Assembly: GCF_001186125.1 (NCBI RefSeq)
Contig: NW_014040394.1
Location: 86,761 to 128,897, forward strand
Length of the DNA stretch: 42,137 nucleotides
DNA from: Sphaeroforma arctica JP610
Taxonomy: Eukaryota
Direction of reading: 5' to 3'
Positions 12,041-24,567 of this stretch are shown piece by piece; position 1 is the first letter of the stretch, and every line of letters starts with the position of its first letter. The position numbers were made by a program, and so were the translations under genes. The notes below the pieces were generated by a model. That model had not been told where the DNA came from, ran no database searches, and saw only the letters and a list, made by a program, of their open reading frames with translations.

Positions 12041-13116
12041 GATGTACTGTGTGCTATGTACTGTGCAAGGTTATGTACGGACAAAAATATATCTTGTACA
12101 AATATAGCGTTGTGTGACACTGACTAAATAGGACTATCTCTATCGCTAGGCAGGAGATCATCCTCTCTGTACGGATTTGACTAAAATACGTCAGGAATTC
12201 ATACGTTTCGCAGGAAGAAACGCATGCGATTTTTAAGGATCACGTGGTTTACGTTTATCCGACTAAGGAAATGGAGCGTTAGACAAAGCATCGATCAATA
12301 TATATACGTAAATCCCTTTACGGTACGTAAACGGTTTGACACTTGTCCTGACCAGCTGATCCTGGGTCCGCCGAGTTCATATAAAATACCCAGTCCCGAC
12401 TTTCCGGTTAAATTGCGGTTAAAACGTTGACGTCGATTTTTATTTTTATTTTTGTGATATTTTTACTTCTTGTTTATTTTTCCAAGAAGTCATTGGTCAG
12501 TCGCTCTCAGTCTCTCAGAGTCTCAGACTGTCAGCCACTGCAGTGTCAGAATGTCAGAGCGTCAGTCTCAGACCGGCGACTCTTTATTTACAAAAATAGG
12601 GTCTGCTGGTCAGCTGGTGCCACGTCCGTGTGTACAGCATAATTTCATTATTATTATAAAACAATAATAAACCGGAAAGTCGGAAAGTCGGAAACAACCC
12701 CCCTAGTAAGTCTGGAATGCGGGATCTTTTCTCTTGTTATGCTGCTTTTGCTGCTAATAACCAAATACTATACAATACGAGAGACTTGCACGCGACTTTC
12801 TAGTTTCTTAAGTACGATGTAGGCTCGAAATTCATTCCAAAATACGTCTCTACCCGTGTACAAAAGTGTTTGATCGAAACAAATGCGTCTTCGATATATA
12901 GTTCCATTTAGCTTCAACAATTTTTGAATATGACGTGAGCTGAACTCTGTCTCCAACGTGCTGTCAAGTGACTAATTGTTCTAGCATGCAGTGATTGTCT
13001 TCGTCACGTTTCAGATTCTTCTCTATTACTGGTAGTAATTCAAAAAGAGGTCAAATCACTATTACACGCGTATGATATACGTATTATATATATATATATG
13101 CACATACACACACACA

Positions 13117-13150
<34 letters not shown>

Positions 13151-13866
13151 TGTGTGTGTATATACTATATTTATATACTATAATAGTATTATAATATTTA
13201 TATATATAATACTAGTATATTTGGATATATATCTATATATCTATATATATATATTTATATAGTTGTAGATATTTTAATATATATAAAGCGGTTGTTATGT
13301 GGTGGTGATTGCGGCTTAAAAACGCAACGTATATTTTGCTGATTAATAGTGGTCAGGACGCCTTGTCCCATTCAGAAAAGAATCGGCTGAATATTGAGCA
13401 TTGTACTGTATTTAGACGCACTAGTACGTCTAGGTTTCATGGATACATCATCCTGGTCTGATAATATTCTACTATCGCAATAATATAACTCATTGTCAAT
13501 TCCAAGCATGCATGAGACTGAAGTGAGACTGAAGCCATTTCACCATGCTTTTAATTTTATTATGCAGGCTTAGCGTATTTATTTCGCTCTCTTGGGTTGA
13601 ATACATTTACGTATCTCTTGCATTACTTTAGTCTCTACTTGCTATAAAGGCGACGAGATATGGGAACGACAGTTAGAAATCGAGGATGAGGTTCTTCAGC
13701 GAAGTAACAATTTTTTTAACACTGAAAGTTCATGGTTCATCAGTCACTCATTAGTCACTCATCAGCGCTATGTATATTTGTTTATTTTAGAAGCCTAAAT
13801 CCTACTACATTAATACTTAGCCTGCTGCATGACATATATATATATGTATATATATTTATATATATA

Positions 13867-13915
13867 TAGCCTCTTGAAAATAGCACACCAGGAGTGTTCT
13901 ATTTTCAGGAGGCTA
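13867..13915. repeat. Inverted repeat / hairpin with 22-bp arms (20/22 matched) and a 5-nt loop, next to a (TA)n tract
   Basis: tagcctcttgaaaatagcacac-cagga-gtgttctattttcaggaggcta. Confidence 0.85.
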
Positions 13916-14843
13916 GGGTAAAACAATGCAATCAATATACACATAGCCTCCTAAAATAATTACAATCTTACTAGGCTATGATATACAATATACATTTGTA
14001 CTCGATTAGAGTCCGACATGTATATGTGTCTTATACTGTCTTACTCTACTCGTGAAATACATATCATATCAGAGACCTGACCTCATTACGTTTTACGTTG
14101 TATATTTTACGTTCGCGCTTAACGTTTACATTGGTTTGGTTCTGCGTGTGGGTGCTAGGAATATGGGACGGTATTTGGGTTCTGAGGTGCATTATATCTC
14201 ACCCGTTCCAGAATCCTACTATCCTCAATAATAGGACAGAACCTTCTACAAATATTTGTCGTAGCGTTTTCAATTGCCAAAAAAAAGTACGTTTACGTTC
14301 AACGACCTTTTTAAAAAAGCTAAAAGTTTTAGAGCGCGAGTGCTAGACACATTTAAGACTTGCACCAAATTCATACAATTAATACATGCTGTAAATACTA
14401 AGCACTTGTTGCGCCAACCGATTCATGTATCTCATATGTAGTCTCCAACCTTGACTTCATTTAGTATATATTGCCTACTACACATGAGACTTGGTCTCTC
14501 GATAACATAGTGCACCGCGGGTTCACAACGAACAGTTCATGTTTATATCTGTTTCTGGTGTATTTATGAATGTCCAACGTGTAAAATCTTCTTTGTACTG
14601 CCTCGCGGTGGCGCATTCTGCTATAGTAAATCTCAAGTTACTAGAGCAGCAATATATATATATCGTAATTATATCACAGTAAGGTTGCAAGTTTGTGGGT
14701 GCGATCAAACACCTCGTGCTACTTCCAATTATAGTTAGAAGCAAAGTATATTTATACTCTTCTACATGCATATTTCGACTCAATTGGACAGAATCAGAAT
14801 ATACTTTGTATTTTTTCAAAATACATACATCGAGTACAGCAAC

Positions 14844-17800
14844 ATGGATTCTGCTAACATGTCTTCGGCGACCAAGGATTCCGATAAAAAGGACCTTAGA
14901 CATACTCTGTCTGTGGGCAACAACAACAACAACAACAACAAAGGCCGTCAAGACAGACAAGACAGACAAGACAGCAGACTCACTGAAACCATAGCGTCAC
15001 CAGGAAGTCCTGAAGCCCGGGTGGCATGTAGGGATGCAAGCCGACGTGCGCGACCGAGCAGAGATAGGAGAGATACTAAAGGGGAGACTCAAGCTGGCCA
15101 CGTGCTGCACATAGAGGGCGATCTTCCCGAGAATGCGGGCCATGCTAAGGTTTCTATTTATGTACCGACCAACAAACTCAGCATACAGAAGCGCATTTGC
15201 GCACCATCAGGCTCGTCAAGTGTTAATACAGCCCAACTCGTCAGATGGTGTAGAGATGCGAGTTACGATCGCACGTGACCACGCTCTACTACATAGCCTA
15301 TTGAGTGGGCAAGTACTCACACAATACTGCGTTTGTTTTTCTCTCTCCCGTGTGTGTGTGTGTGTGTGTGTGCATGCTGCATGCATCTGCTACCAACGGC
15401 ACAGACACATCTCTTGGCACTCGAGGCTGAGATGCTCGAGCTGAAACGGCGCAACGAACAGTTAGAAGCTACACAAGCGGTCGCCGACAGAGATGCGCGC
15501 ACGGCCAAGGTTCGTTGCTGTGTGTATTGTTTCAGATCTACTTGTTCAAACAGTTAGACAATGCTGGCTGATATGTACACAGATATACACACGTATGCCT
15601 TCCACGATACACGTCTTTGCTTTCATTTTCAGAGAATGAGTCTGTGGACGGGTCCATGAAGCCATCCAGGGTTACAGTTCACGCTGCGCTGTGGTAAAGC
15701 AGTCTTGGCGTTGTGCGTATTTTGTTTGTAGTATACCGATCTATGTAGCCTGGCAGCTGTACTAATCCATCTGTGCACCATCGTATGATCGGCTCTCGCA
15801 TGCGATATCAGATTGGACAAGCCATGTCGCTAGACCACTGTTGTGACATGGCAAGAACAGGGTTGTGCCTGGAGTGGGTATACTATTCATATACCAAAAC
15901 ACTTGATACCTTACCATACCAATAATCAGTCTCTCATGCGGTAGGTCGGCCTGGTTAGATGATACCCTCACACTACAGCAGATCATACCATGGGGACATA
16001 TGTAGGGAACTTGACTAGCTAGGGGAAAGTGACCTGGTTACCAGGTAGCCGCCAGTTGGAGTTCGATATTCCAATGATCTGAATACGTATCTGTTCTTGG
16101 CCGGTCTACTCGTTCGATGTCACCATTGAAGATGTTGAGAAACGCGACTGTGAATGTCTGCTATATCAAGAAAGCAGATATGCATTCGGACTAAGCCGTA
16201 CACTTGATCACGGTTTCACTAATTATTTGACCCATTCAACACAATTATTGGCCCATTCAAGAGCTATACTATGAATAACGTTTATGAGCTATACTACAGG
16301 TCCTTACACATGAACTGATAACACGTTAAAATCGATATAGTACCCGTGCAGCAATCTTCAAGGGCTATACTATGAATAACGCTCATGAGCTATACTACAG
16401 GTCCATACGTATGGACTGATAGCACGTTAATATCGATATAATACCCGTGCAGCAATCTATAGAGCGGCTTCGCGAGCGCTTGACCACCACCTCTAAGAAG
16501 TACGCAGACCTCAAATTGGACTATAAAGACCTGCGACACGACTACAGGCGACTCAAAGACTCGCACGCACAGCTCAAAGAAGACCGCCAACAACTCACAG
16601 ACACACACACGGCCGGTGAAGCCGTAGGCGATCTGGGACCTTGTTTATACTGCCTCCGGCCATTGCCCCAGGGGTTTGTATCGCATGTGGAGTTGGATTT
16701 AGAGTACCAGTTGAAGGCCGCTCTGCCTGTGCCGCAACCGCGGGCGAACGGGCACGTGGCTCATTCCGAGCAACAAAGTATGTGTATGCGAGTATGCGTA
16801 TGAGACTAACAAAGTATGTGTATGAGAATAACAAAGCATGTGTATGCGAGTATGTGTATGAGACTCTCGCGTCTGCTGGGGTAGCAAGGAGGCCGGTGTA
16901 ACGAAAGGAACAAATCAGCATCATGTCACACCTTTGAAGTAAATATGCTGCGGACGAATTGAGTATGCACACTCTTCTGCATTCTGGCCCATTCTGTGTG
17001 TACACTCATATACAACTCTGTATTCAGCACTCGCTTTGGCTTTGTCGCATAACTTCTCCAGATGGGTATGCCGCTGACGTGCCTGACCGCCTAGACCCAA
17101 CCGATGCCCCACTTACGGCCCAAGACATGCAGGTGCGCAATCCTTGGCACAAAGTAATGATTACCTAGCGGAAGTTGCAACGGCGTGTGACTACGTGCAT
17201 GGACCACCCATTAGCGTGCATTGATAGTTCTGGTCGTGTGGGTACTTGAGTGGTATCAGCATGCTCACTTGGGCTGTTGATGTCGATGTTGCTATTGGTT
17301 GTCAGAGCATTGTTGATGCATTTAGTCTCGTCGCGGCGTATATAGTTAAAAACCCGAGAGACGTATGACTTTGGATCTACTACCACGCCTCAACCTCTGC
17401 CGTTCCTCCACACAAAATCCACAGCACATTGCACTGCAGAATACCGGAATGATGTGGGACGAGAATAGCGGGATGTACTACAACTACGCCACCGGCTACT
17501 ACTACCACACACAGTCGGGCCTTTACTTTGACCCCACGGCCCAGGCTTACCATCACCTCAACCCGGTGAGTCATACATGTTTATGTAAATCGTTAAACGC
17601 GTGGTTAAGGGAAGGACGTTGTGGCTCAATGCTCGGTCAGCATCCTACCTCATTTTCGTTTGTTACAGTTTATCTGCGTTTAAAGACTCGCACTCGTGAC
17701 TGAGTTATTGTACTCAAATTGCCTAATCCTATGTATTCGGCTACTTCAGACCACAAATGAATACGAGTTCCACTCCTCGGCTGCGGATTGGGTGGATAAT

Positions 17801-20800
17801 AACTATGGCAACGGAGCCACCGCCACAACCGCAGCCACCCAGCATGCGGCAGAGGAAGAGATACTGTGCATCCGATTGATCGTGCAAGAGTCGCCGAATG
17901 CACCCGCAGGCACAGTCTACGTAGTGGGGTTGGATGGAGGCACTATCGGACGGTGAGTGTTGCATGCAGACATGTGTATGTGTGTTTACAGAGAGGGATG
18001 TACACGTATCATCTATGTGCAAATATCACCAGTTGTGCCTAAAGGTATTATCCCTGCATTAGGGCTGGCTGCTGACACAATTGAACGGAGAGTGCTGAAT
18101 ATAGTTATAGGTGTATCTACTTGCATACAAGCAGACGTATACACACACGAAATCGTGTGTACCTGAGGGATGCTTATAAATCAAATCGCTGTGTGTGAAT
18201 CTTATACCCTTTCTTGTACTTCTGTATATTCTGTGACAATCACACAGAGAAAGCGGACATGGCCATTTGATCCAATTCAAAGAGGCCAGTGTATCGCGTG
18301 ACCACGTGGAGATACGAACGTGGCCCAGCGAAGACGAGAGAGTCACACAGCTCACCCAGCAATGGCGTCCGGGTGTGTGTGTGTCAATACACGTTTATGT
18401 GCTGTGCGGCATGTATCAGTGTTGTTAGTAGGTGGATCATCATCAGTGAGATCAACGGTCCTTCATATTAGAATGTTCCTGTGTTCTAGATTGCTATACA
18501 ATACACCGTGGCTCACGGTGCTTTGCTTTGTACAGCTGAGGATGCTGAGGACTGCATTGCCACACCCTTTTGGCTGCGAGACTTGGGGAGTAGTGAGGGC
18601 ACCTATATAAACGACCGAAAGATTCCTGCGGCAGAGTAAGCGGGTTGCAAGTGGCTGTGTGCGTGAGTGACGGTGTGGTAGCGTAGTGTTATATGCCCGA
18701 GAATGTTGGTGTTGTGTGTACGATTCGGATAGATGTATATGCGCCGAAGGTCTGTTTTCGTGTGCACGCGCGTGCAAGTGGGGCTTATATATGTGTATAT
18801 AGCCATTTGGCTTACGTATGTGTATATAGCCATTGTTAATTGCATATATAAAGTTTGCCTTTGTACACTCTTAAATACACATCGGTGCAAGTGGTACCAT
18901 AAATGTACACTTTAATCCTACGAGAATACCGTCGTTCTTGTTTCTTCAACTACTTACTATATATAACTCAGGGCACATATACTCATACAATACGGCAACA
19001 GATCACATACGCCTTGGCATTGCGCCTAAATTATCATTGAACACCTGCATAAAATCTCATGTGTGTAGTGCTCTGTAGCAAGCAATGGTTGGTAGCGTGA
19101 CTAGTCTCATAACATACCAATATTCGCAATACTGTACACAGTAAAAGTAATGAGGATTCCGGACTACATCGGCAAGGCTTGTTCCATAAAGACACGCTGT
19201 GGATAGGAGAAACAACGCTGTTAGTTCATGCGCATCCCGGTTCGCAGTCCTGCGCTGTGTGTGCCCAGTCCTTTGAGACCCCAACTCACACCCCGGCCAA
19301 TTCAGCGGCGGGTGCCAGTGGGTGGACGTCCATTGCAGGTGTGTATATGTGGCCTGATACGATACTCATACCACATTGATAGTATCCCAATACTACCAGT
19401 GATAAGCCTCTGTTTCCGGTATTGCGTGAGGGTCTATACCAAACGGATATTGTAATTGTGCCAGGTGATCACAATTAGTTGTATTCATACTGTTTTTTGG
19501 GTATCAACCCTGATTCGCCTACGGATTGCCTGGGATCATATCCGATTCCTCCGGCAATATCATTTAGTACCGATTGAATGTTCACTCCGTGTGCGCATGG
19601 GCCACAGACTGTCACAGCTAGCCGAGTCTTGATCCTCTCCGCGGTGTTGTCACCTCAAAGTCATGGCATATACGGTGACGCTGAGTCGCCCTCGTATTGC
19701 CCTGCTGCTCTGTCACCCACCCTGTACTGTTAGAGACTGTTGGTGTTTTAATCCCAATCCTCAAACCGAAGTACATGCCATTGGTTACCAATATAGCCGC
19801 TCATTTGATTGGCCCAGCTGGACTACTGTATTGCTATAGCACGACTCCTTTTTTGGCCGCTGCTTGAAACTTGGTCTAATGCTTTGATTGTTTTTCTCTT
19901 GCATACGCATTCTCACTCTACCTGTGTCGCTGTCATGTCATGTATTGAGCCTTTCTCGCCACTGCCAAATCTATACTCAGCCGCTCCGGTGCAGATCACT
20001 AAACCTGGCCACTCAGTGCAACCACAGACAACCGTCGATCTCCCCGGCCTAAAAACAGGTCGAGTAGACCACCACATGGAAATGCATAAACGGAAGTTCG
20101 GTCTCGACAGGGAGAGTCGGGCCGTGAACCCGCAGGTGATGCCGGATATGACTTACGGTAGGTGTGTAGAGGTGTGTGTAGGTGTGTGTGCGTTTACATG
20201 TATGTGTGGATAGGTCAGCCTGTATGTGGCAGTGCATATGTGTAAATTTGTACTGGGTAAGTGTATCTGTGTGTGTACGTGGCACTGTATAAGTGTATGT
20301 ACATGGCAGTGTACATCTGTATATATACAACAATGTATATGTATACATACGCTCGCCCGCACAAGGCAGCGATTGTGTGGATGGCTTGTTTCCGAAGGGC
20401 ATGAACTACTTCCGACTCTGTGCAATTATCACAGCGCATGCGTGATCAGGCGTTGTGTCGGGCTAGTATTGGAATACGTGCATCTTACCTGCGTATAATG
20501 GTACGTGCGAGGGTGCAGGAGGGTTGCGAGCGTTCTTCAGTTACTTTCTTTCTAGTTTGAACCCCACTGTTTCGATCTGCTATGTCCCTGTCACGTCTAC
20601 TTCGAGTCTCATTTGTAGAGTTGTTCATCTATACGCTTGCTGCGGGATTGTTAACTTTTTATCGGGACATACGAATACTTGTCCCTCGTTTGGACGTGCC
20701 AGAGGCAGGTGGTCTGATTGAGTACGCATGTTTGGGAGATTGTATGCGCATACGTGTTGCCGCATGTTTGGACGTTCACTGTAAGTATGCATTTGTGCTG

Positions 20801-21708
20801 TACGGGCATGTCGTCAATCGTACATTATTTTGACTTCTGTTTGAGCGCTATCTCTGTTTGTTCAAATATTCTAATAAGGCCTGCATTCGAATAGCTACAT
20901 GGCCCTGCATATGAAAAGACTCGGGGCCATTGCTCTGTCAGTGCAGTGAGGAGTGGCTGGCACGCTGTGTTTATAATCACCATTTTTATTCGTGAAAAGT
21001 TGTGCAGGAGATGGCAATACATCTGTATATATGGCGTACCTGAACATACATGAATAGAATCGCACATAAATATTGGATGCAACATTCGTAACCGCAGTTG
21101 ATAGAGCCAAGAAACGGCGGGTCGACAAACCCGGTGGGCACTGGACTGATACCTGGGACCGTAACGCTCCTGTCCAATCCGCATCTGAGGCCAAGCCAAT
21201 TGAAGCTACCAATAAAGGGTTTAAACTACTCCACAAAATGGGTTGGAGCGGAGGCGGGCTGGGAAAAGTTGGGAACGAGGTAGGTGCATCCCTATGAATG
21301 TTATGACTGTATATATTGGAATGTCCCAGGCGGTCGGGAGGGTACAGTTGTCGCAGTGAAAATTGATGGTTGTGACGACTGGGGTTTCTTCNNNNNNNNN
21401 NNNNNNNNNNNTGATACATATATATTTATATTATATATATATTATATCTATATATATATATATATATATTCTGTAGCTCTCAGCAGTTATGACTGCTCTG
21501 TATTTCTATTTGAAAATATGGGTCATCCGCTTCAGTCGATGCGCCTTTTTGTGTTCAGAACCAACTAGTCTATAGCGCTGACTACATTGAACTTCTGGTT
21601 CTGTGAGATTGCTCTGACAATCACACTCGCTATTCTTTGTAGGGAATTGCCGAACCCGTGGGAGTTCGGAAGCATGCCCCTGGCCGAGGGTTGGGTTCTC
21701 AGAGGTGA
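14844..21708 (+). CDS. AGGF1: AGGF1-like protein (coiled coil, OCRE, FHA, G-patch), about 665 aa in 12 exons
   Basis: Exons 14844-15149, 15405-15509, 16453-16777, 17062-17132, 17425-17565, 17750-17952, 18248-18372, 18536-18635, 19142-19338, 19981-20157, 21098-21279 and 21643-21708; phases consistent. OCRE: TGMMWDENSGMYYNYATGYYY. FHA: TIGR..VSRDH..LRDLGSSEGTYIN..DTLWIGETTLLVHAHPGSQSCAVC. Then YVDRAKKRR. G-patch: NKGFKLLHKMGWSGGGLGKVGNEGIAEPV..GRGLG. The first exon and start are the least certain part. Confidence 0.88.
16261..16458. repeat. 101-bp tandem duplication that includes the AGGF1 exon-3 splice acceptor
   Basis: gctatactatgaataacg...tacccgtgcag|caatct occurs twice, with the AG ending at 16351 and 16452. 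Confidence 0.9.
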
Positions 21709-23183
21709 ATTTAGATACAGCCGTGCAAGTGCATGAGATATCTTTTATAAAACTAAGCTGTCTGGGTAAACAGTTTATGAGCTTTGGGCGACGCGAGAGT
21801 TAAACGCTAGCGAATGAAGGAATGGTCTTTAAAGGCCAGATATGACCTCGATTTTATTTATCGCGCGAAATCAATAGATGTGCGACATCAATACCGATGC
21901 CTCTCGAAAGGGTATATTCATTCTTTTCTGAGATCAAACTTATATACTACTGTGAAGATACGGTCCTATTTCCTTTGTCTACGGCTGAGTAGTTACATTT
22001 TTGACATATGTATAGTATTTATACCGGCAGTAGTTGCGACTTATAAATCGCGTGGCTTGTTATAAGTACTGAACATGTCAGATTCTATTACAACACCATA
22101 TGGACGCTATCCGTCATCAATTCTCACCCAGCACTGCGGAAGAGAATATCGCGGCGAGGCATTAGAAATAAGTCATATAAGACTGAAAATAAAGGTTGCT
22201 GTACAAAAGTTGAATACCAAACCCCAAACAACCCCGAATCTGGGCCATTCGGATTGTACAGTATAGGACAGCTACAAATGAGGCTATCCTATGTCCATGC
22301 AGCGTGTATACAATATATACAAGTAGGCTACCAGCTAGTCTCCTCATGCATTTAAAAGAAAAGGATCTTATTTTAGTTGATTTGTTGCAACACAGCATCG
22401 GCTCACACAGACCTTGAACAGTTTGTATCGCAGTCTACCTGACCAAAAAAACTATAATGTATTTACGAGAAATTGCAGAGACATGCTTCATAGGTACCGC
22501 ACTTAATGATGTTAGACCATAATTGACCATACTAAATGCAAGATTTGAGGTCTACCTGACTACCACAACACACCTAGCTACTATGATCATGGATGTGGTC
22601 TATATTATGTGAGCGCATTTCTCAGAAGCTTTAAATATCTCAACAAACAATGAATTATAGTATTCGGTTAGCAAGGCGCACATTGTGTTATTTTGAAATA
22701 CTATCACATTATACTTCCACATCGATTTTAAACTAGGTGTGTGTACACACTCGTTGGAAGTCTTTTAGTTGTATCTGCTGATACCTCAGCAGGTATCGCC
22801 CACGAAGAGAACATCATACAACAAGTACAACAAGCAAAACTTTGCTATCATTGTATCACACAGCTGTACAGAACTAACATGCTGACCCTGACACAAACAT
22901 TCGTACTCCGAAGAAGTCAGATAAACTGTCACTGACGTGTTAATCTCAGTTTGTCACTATGAAATGGCATGTCAGGAGCTGAAAAAAAACTACCGATGCA
23001 ACACGACAGCCAATGATCAGATTCATTTAGATTAATCCCAACAATATTGACTAGGCTGCTCACAAGGAGAAAATATAATACATTGTGAAAACATAAAAGG
23101 ATCCACCGCCGTTGCAAGCAACACAACACACTTGATTTTGTAAGGGAATATAGGAACTCTAGCGAAGAAGAACAAATAACGAT

Positions 23184-24567
23184 ATGAATAACGATTCCAC
23201 ATCGAAGAAGACTTGGACATCGTCTTCGATAAACAAAACTGTAGAACGATGCGAGATCACTGGGCTGCAGACAGTGGCATCCTACAACTGGCTGAAAGAT
23301 AGTACATTGGTCGTTCCTGGTGCACCCGGCGTGGTCTCGAAGGACCTCCAAAGCAACCTCCAGTTGACTCGAGAACAGGGCACTAATGTCATAGACGAGA
23401 ATCATCTGCGCCATCCTAGCGCTCCACTCGAACCGCTCTTTCGTAGTGTTATGCTGTGCTCGCCCGACTTCGACTTCTCGGATGTAGACATTGTCTCGGA
23501 TCGCAACAACATTCGCAAACTACACAGCTTTCTGGAAGGGACCCGCACGAAGGATTTCCGTATAGATGTGTGCCGAGTGGGTGATCTAGTGCTACTGCAG
23601 CGCGTTGAACCTAAGGATGTAGACTACCCCGAGCATGCTGGTTTCGGATTTGATTTTGAGCGAGTGTATGCAGAGCGAGACCGGCCACATTCCGCTGGAA
23701 CTCATAGGCGTGTAGTTTATTATGACCTAGCAGGAATGGGTATGCTTATAGGGAGTGAGACTGACGCTGTCCTGGACAGGAACACTGACGATATCGAGTA
23801 TGATCTATCCACAGCGCTAGCCGTGGTGAGCATCAACAATGAGACTACTCAGAAAGACTTCAAGGACTCCGATCTCAAAATACGTAGGGGAGGTGCGCCA
23901 TTGACCACAGTGAAATACGATGCGGCGGAGTTGTGTACGAAAGCGATCAAATTTGCGCACGAATTTGACTACGCCGATAAATGGCTACAGATGTACCTGG
24001 CTGGAGCCAAATATCTCTTACTCGGATTTCATCTCAGAGGTTACATCACGTGAGTCTGGATATTCTGATGTGCAACACATCCCGGGCTGGCTCGAGCGCA
24101 TGTCAGATTACACAACATGCAACGCGCTCCTTCGAAATTGGCACCGCCAACTTGCTCTTAGAGATTGGTTCTATAATGCATGCGCGATATGCCGGCTAGT
24201 CAAAAGCACACACTCCTACGATTCCTTAGATTTCCTAAAATAGCGCAGAGTATACATATGTGTTCATTTGAGGTTCACTTCGTACTAGGATCGCTAATCG
24301 TGATCGTAGTATCATGAATATGCCCACCAAGAGATTCATTTGCTCCCCTTGCGCGACATCCCATACAGATCACCCGAGCTGATAGATATCGATATGTGCA
24401 AAGAGAGAGTAGAAGGCGACCCTAGCCGAAATATGGGCCGACTTGCGGCATTGCTAGATGAGATTGTCGATGTCGCGCAATCGTACCCTGAAGATGTTAT
24501 TTGGACATTGCATTTCACAGCCAGTACTCAAAAGCTGGTCAAAAAGCGGCTTAATCGCTATCGGTAA
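23184..24567 (+). CDS. RAI1/DXO-like PD-(D/E)XK nuclease-fold protein, about 354 aa, two exons
   Basis: Exons 23184-24049 (|gtgagt) and 24369-24567 (tacag|), phase 2. Motifs in RAI1/DXO order: ASYNW, DIVSDRNNIRKL, GFGFDFE, HRRVVYYDL, GSETDA (cf. EVD), AELCTK (cf. ELKT), KWLQMYLAG (cf. WxQSFL), LLGFH. Confidence 0.7.

Noticed and set aside
13108..13159. Perfect palindrome (ac)n-gc-(at)n-gc-(gt)n
   Set aside because: Made of simple repeats around a self-complementary TA run; likely chance or a fold-back assembly artefact.
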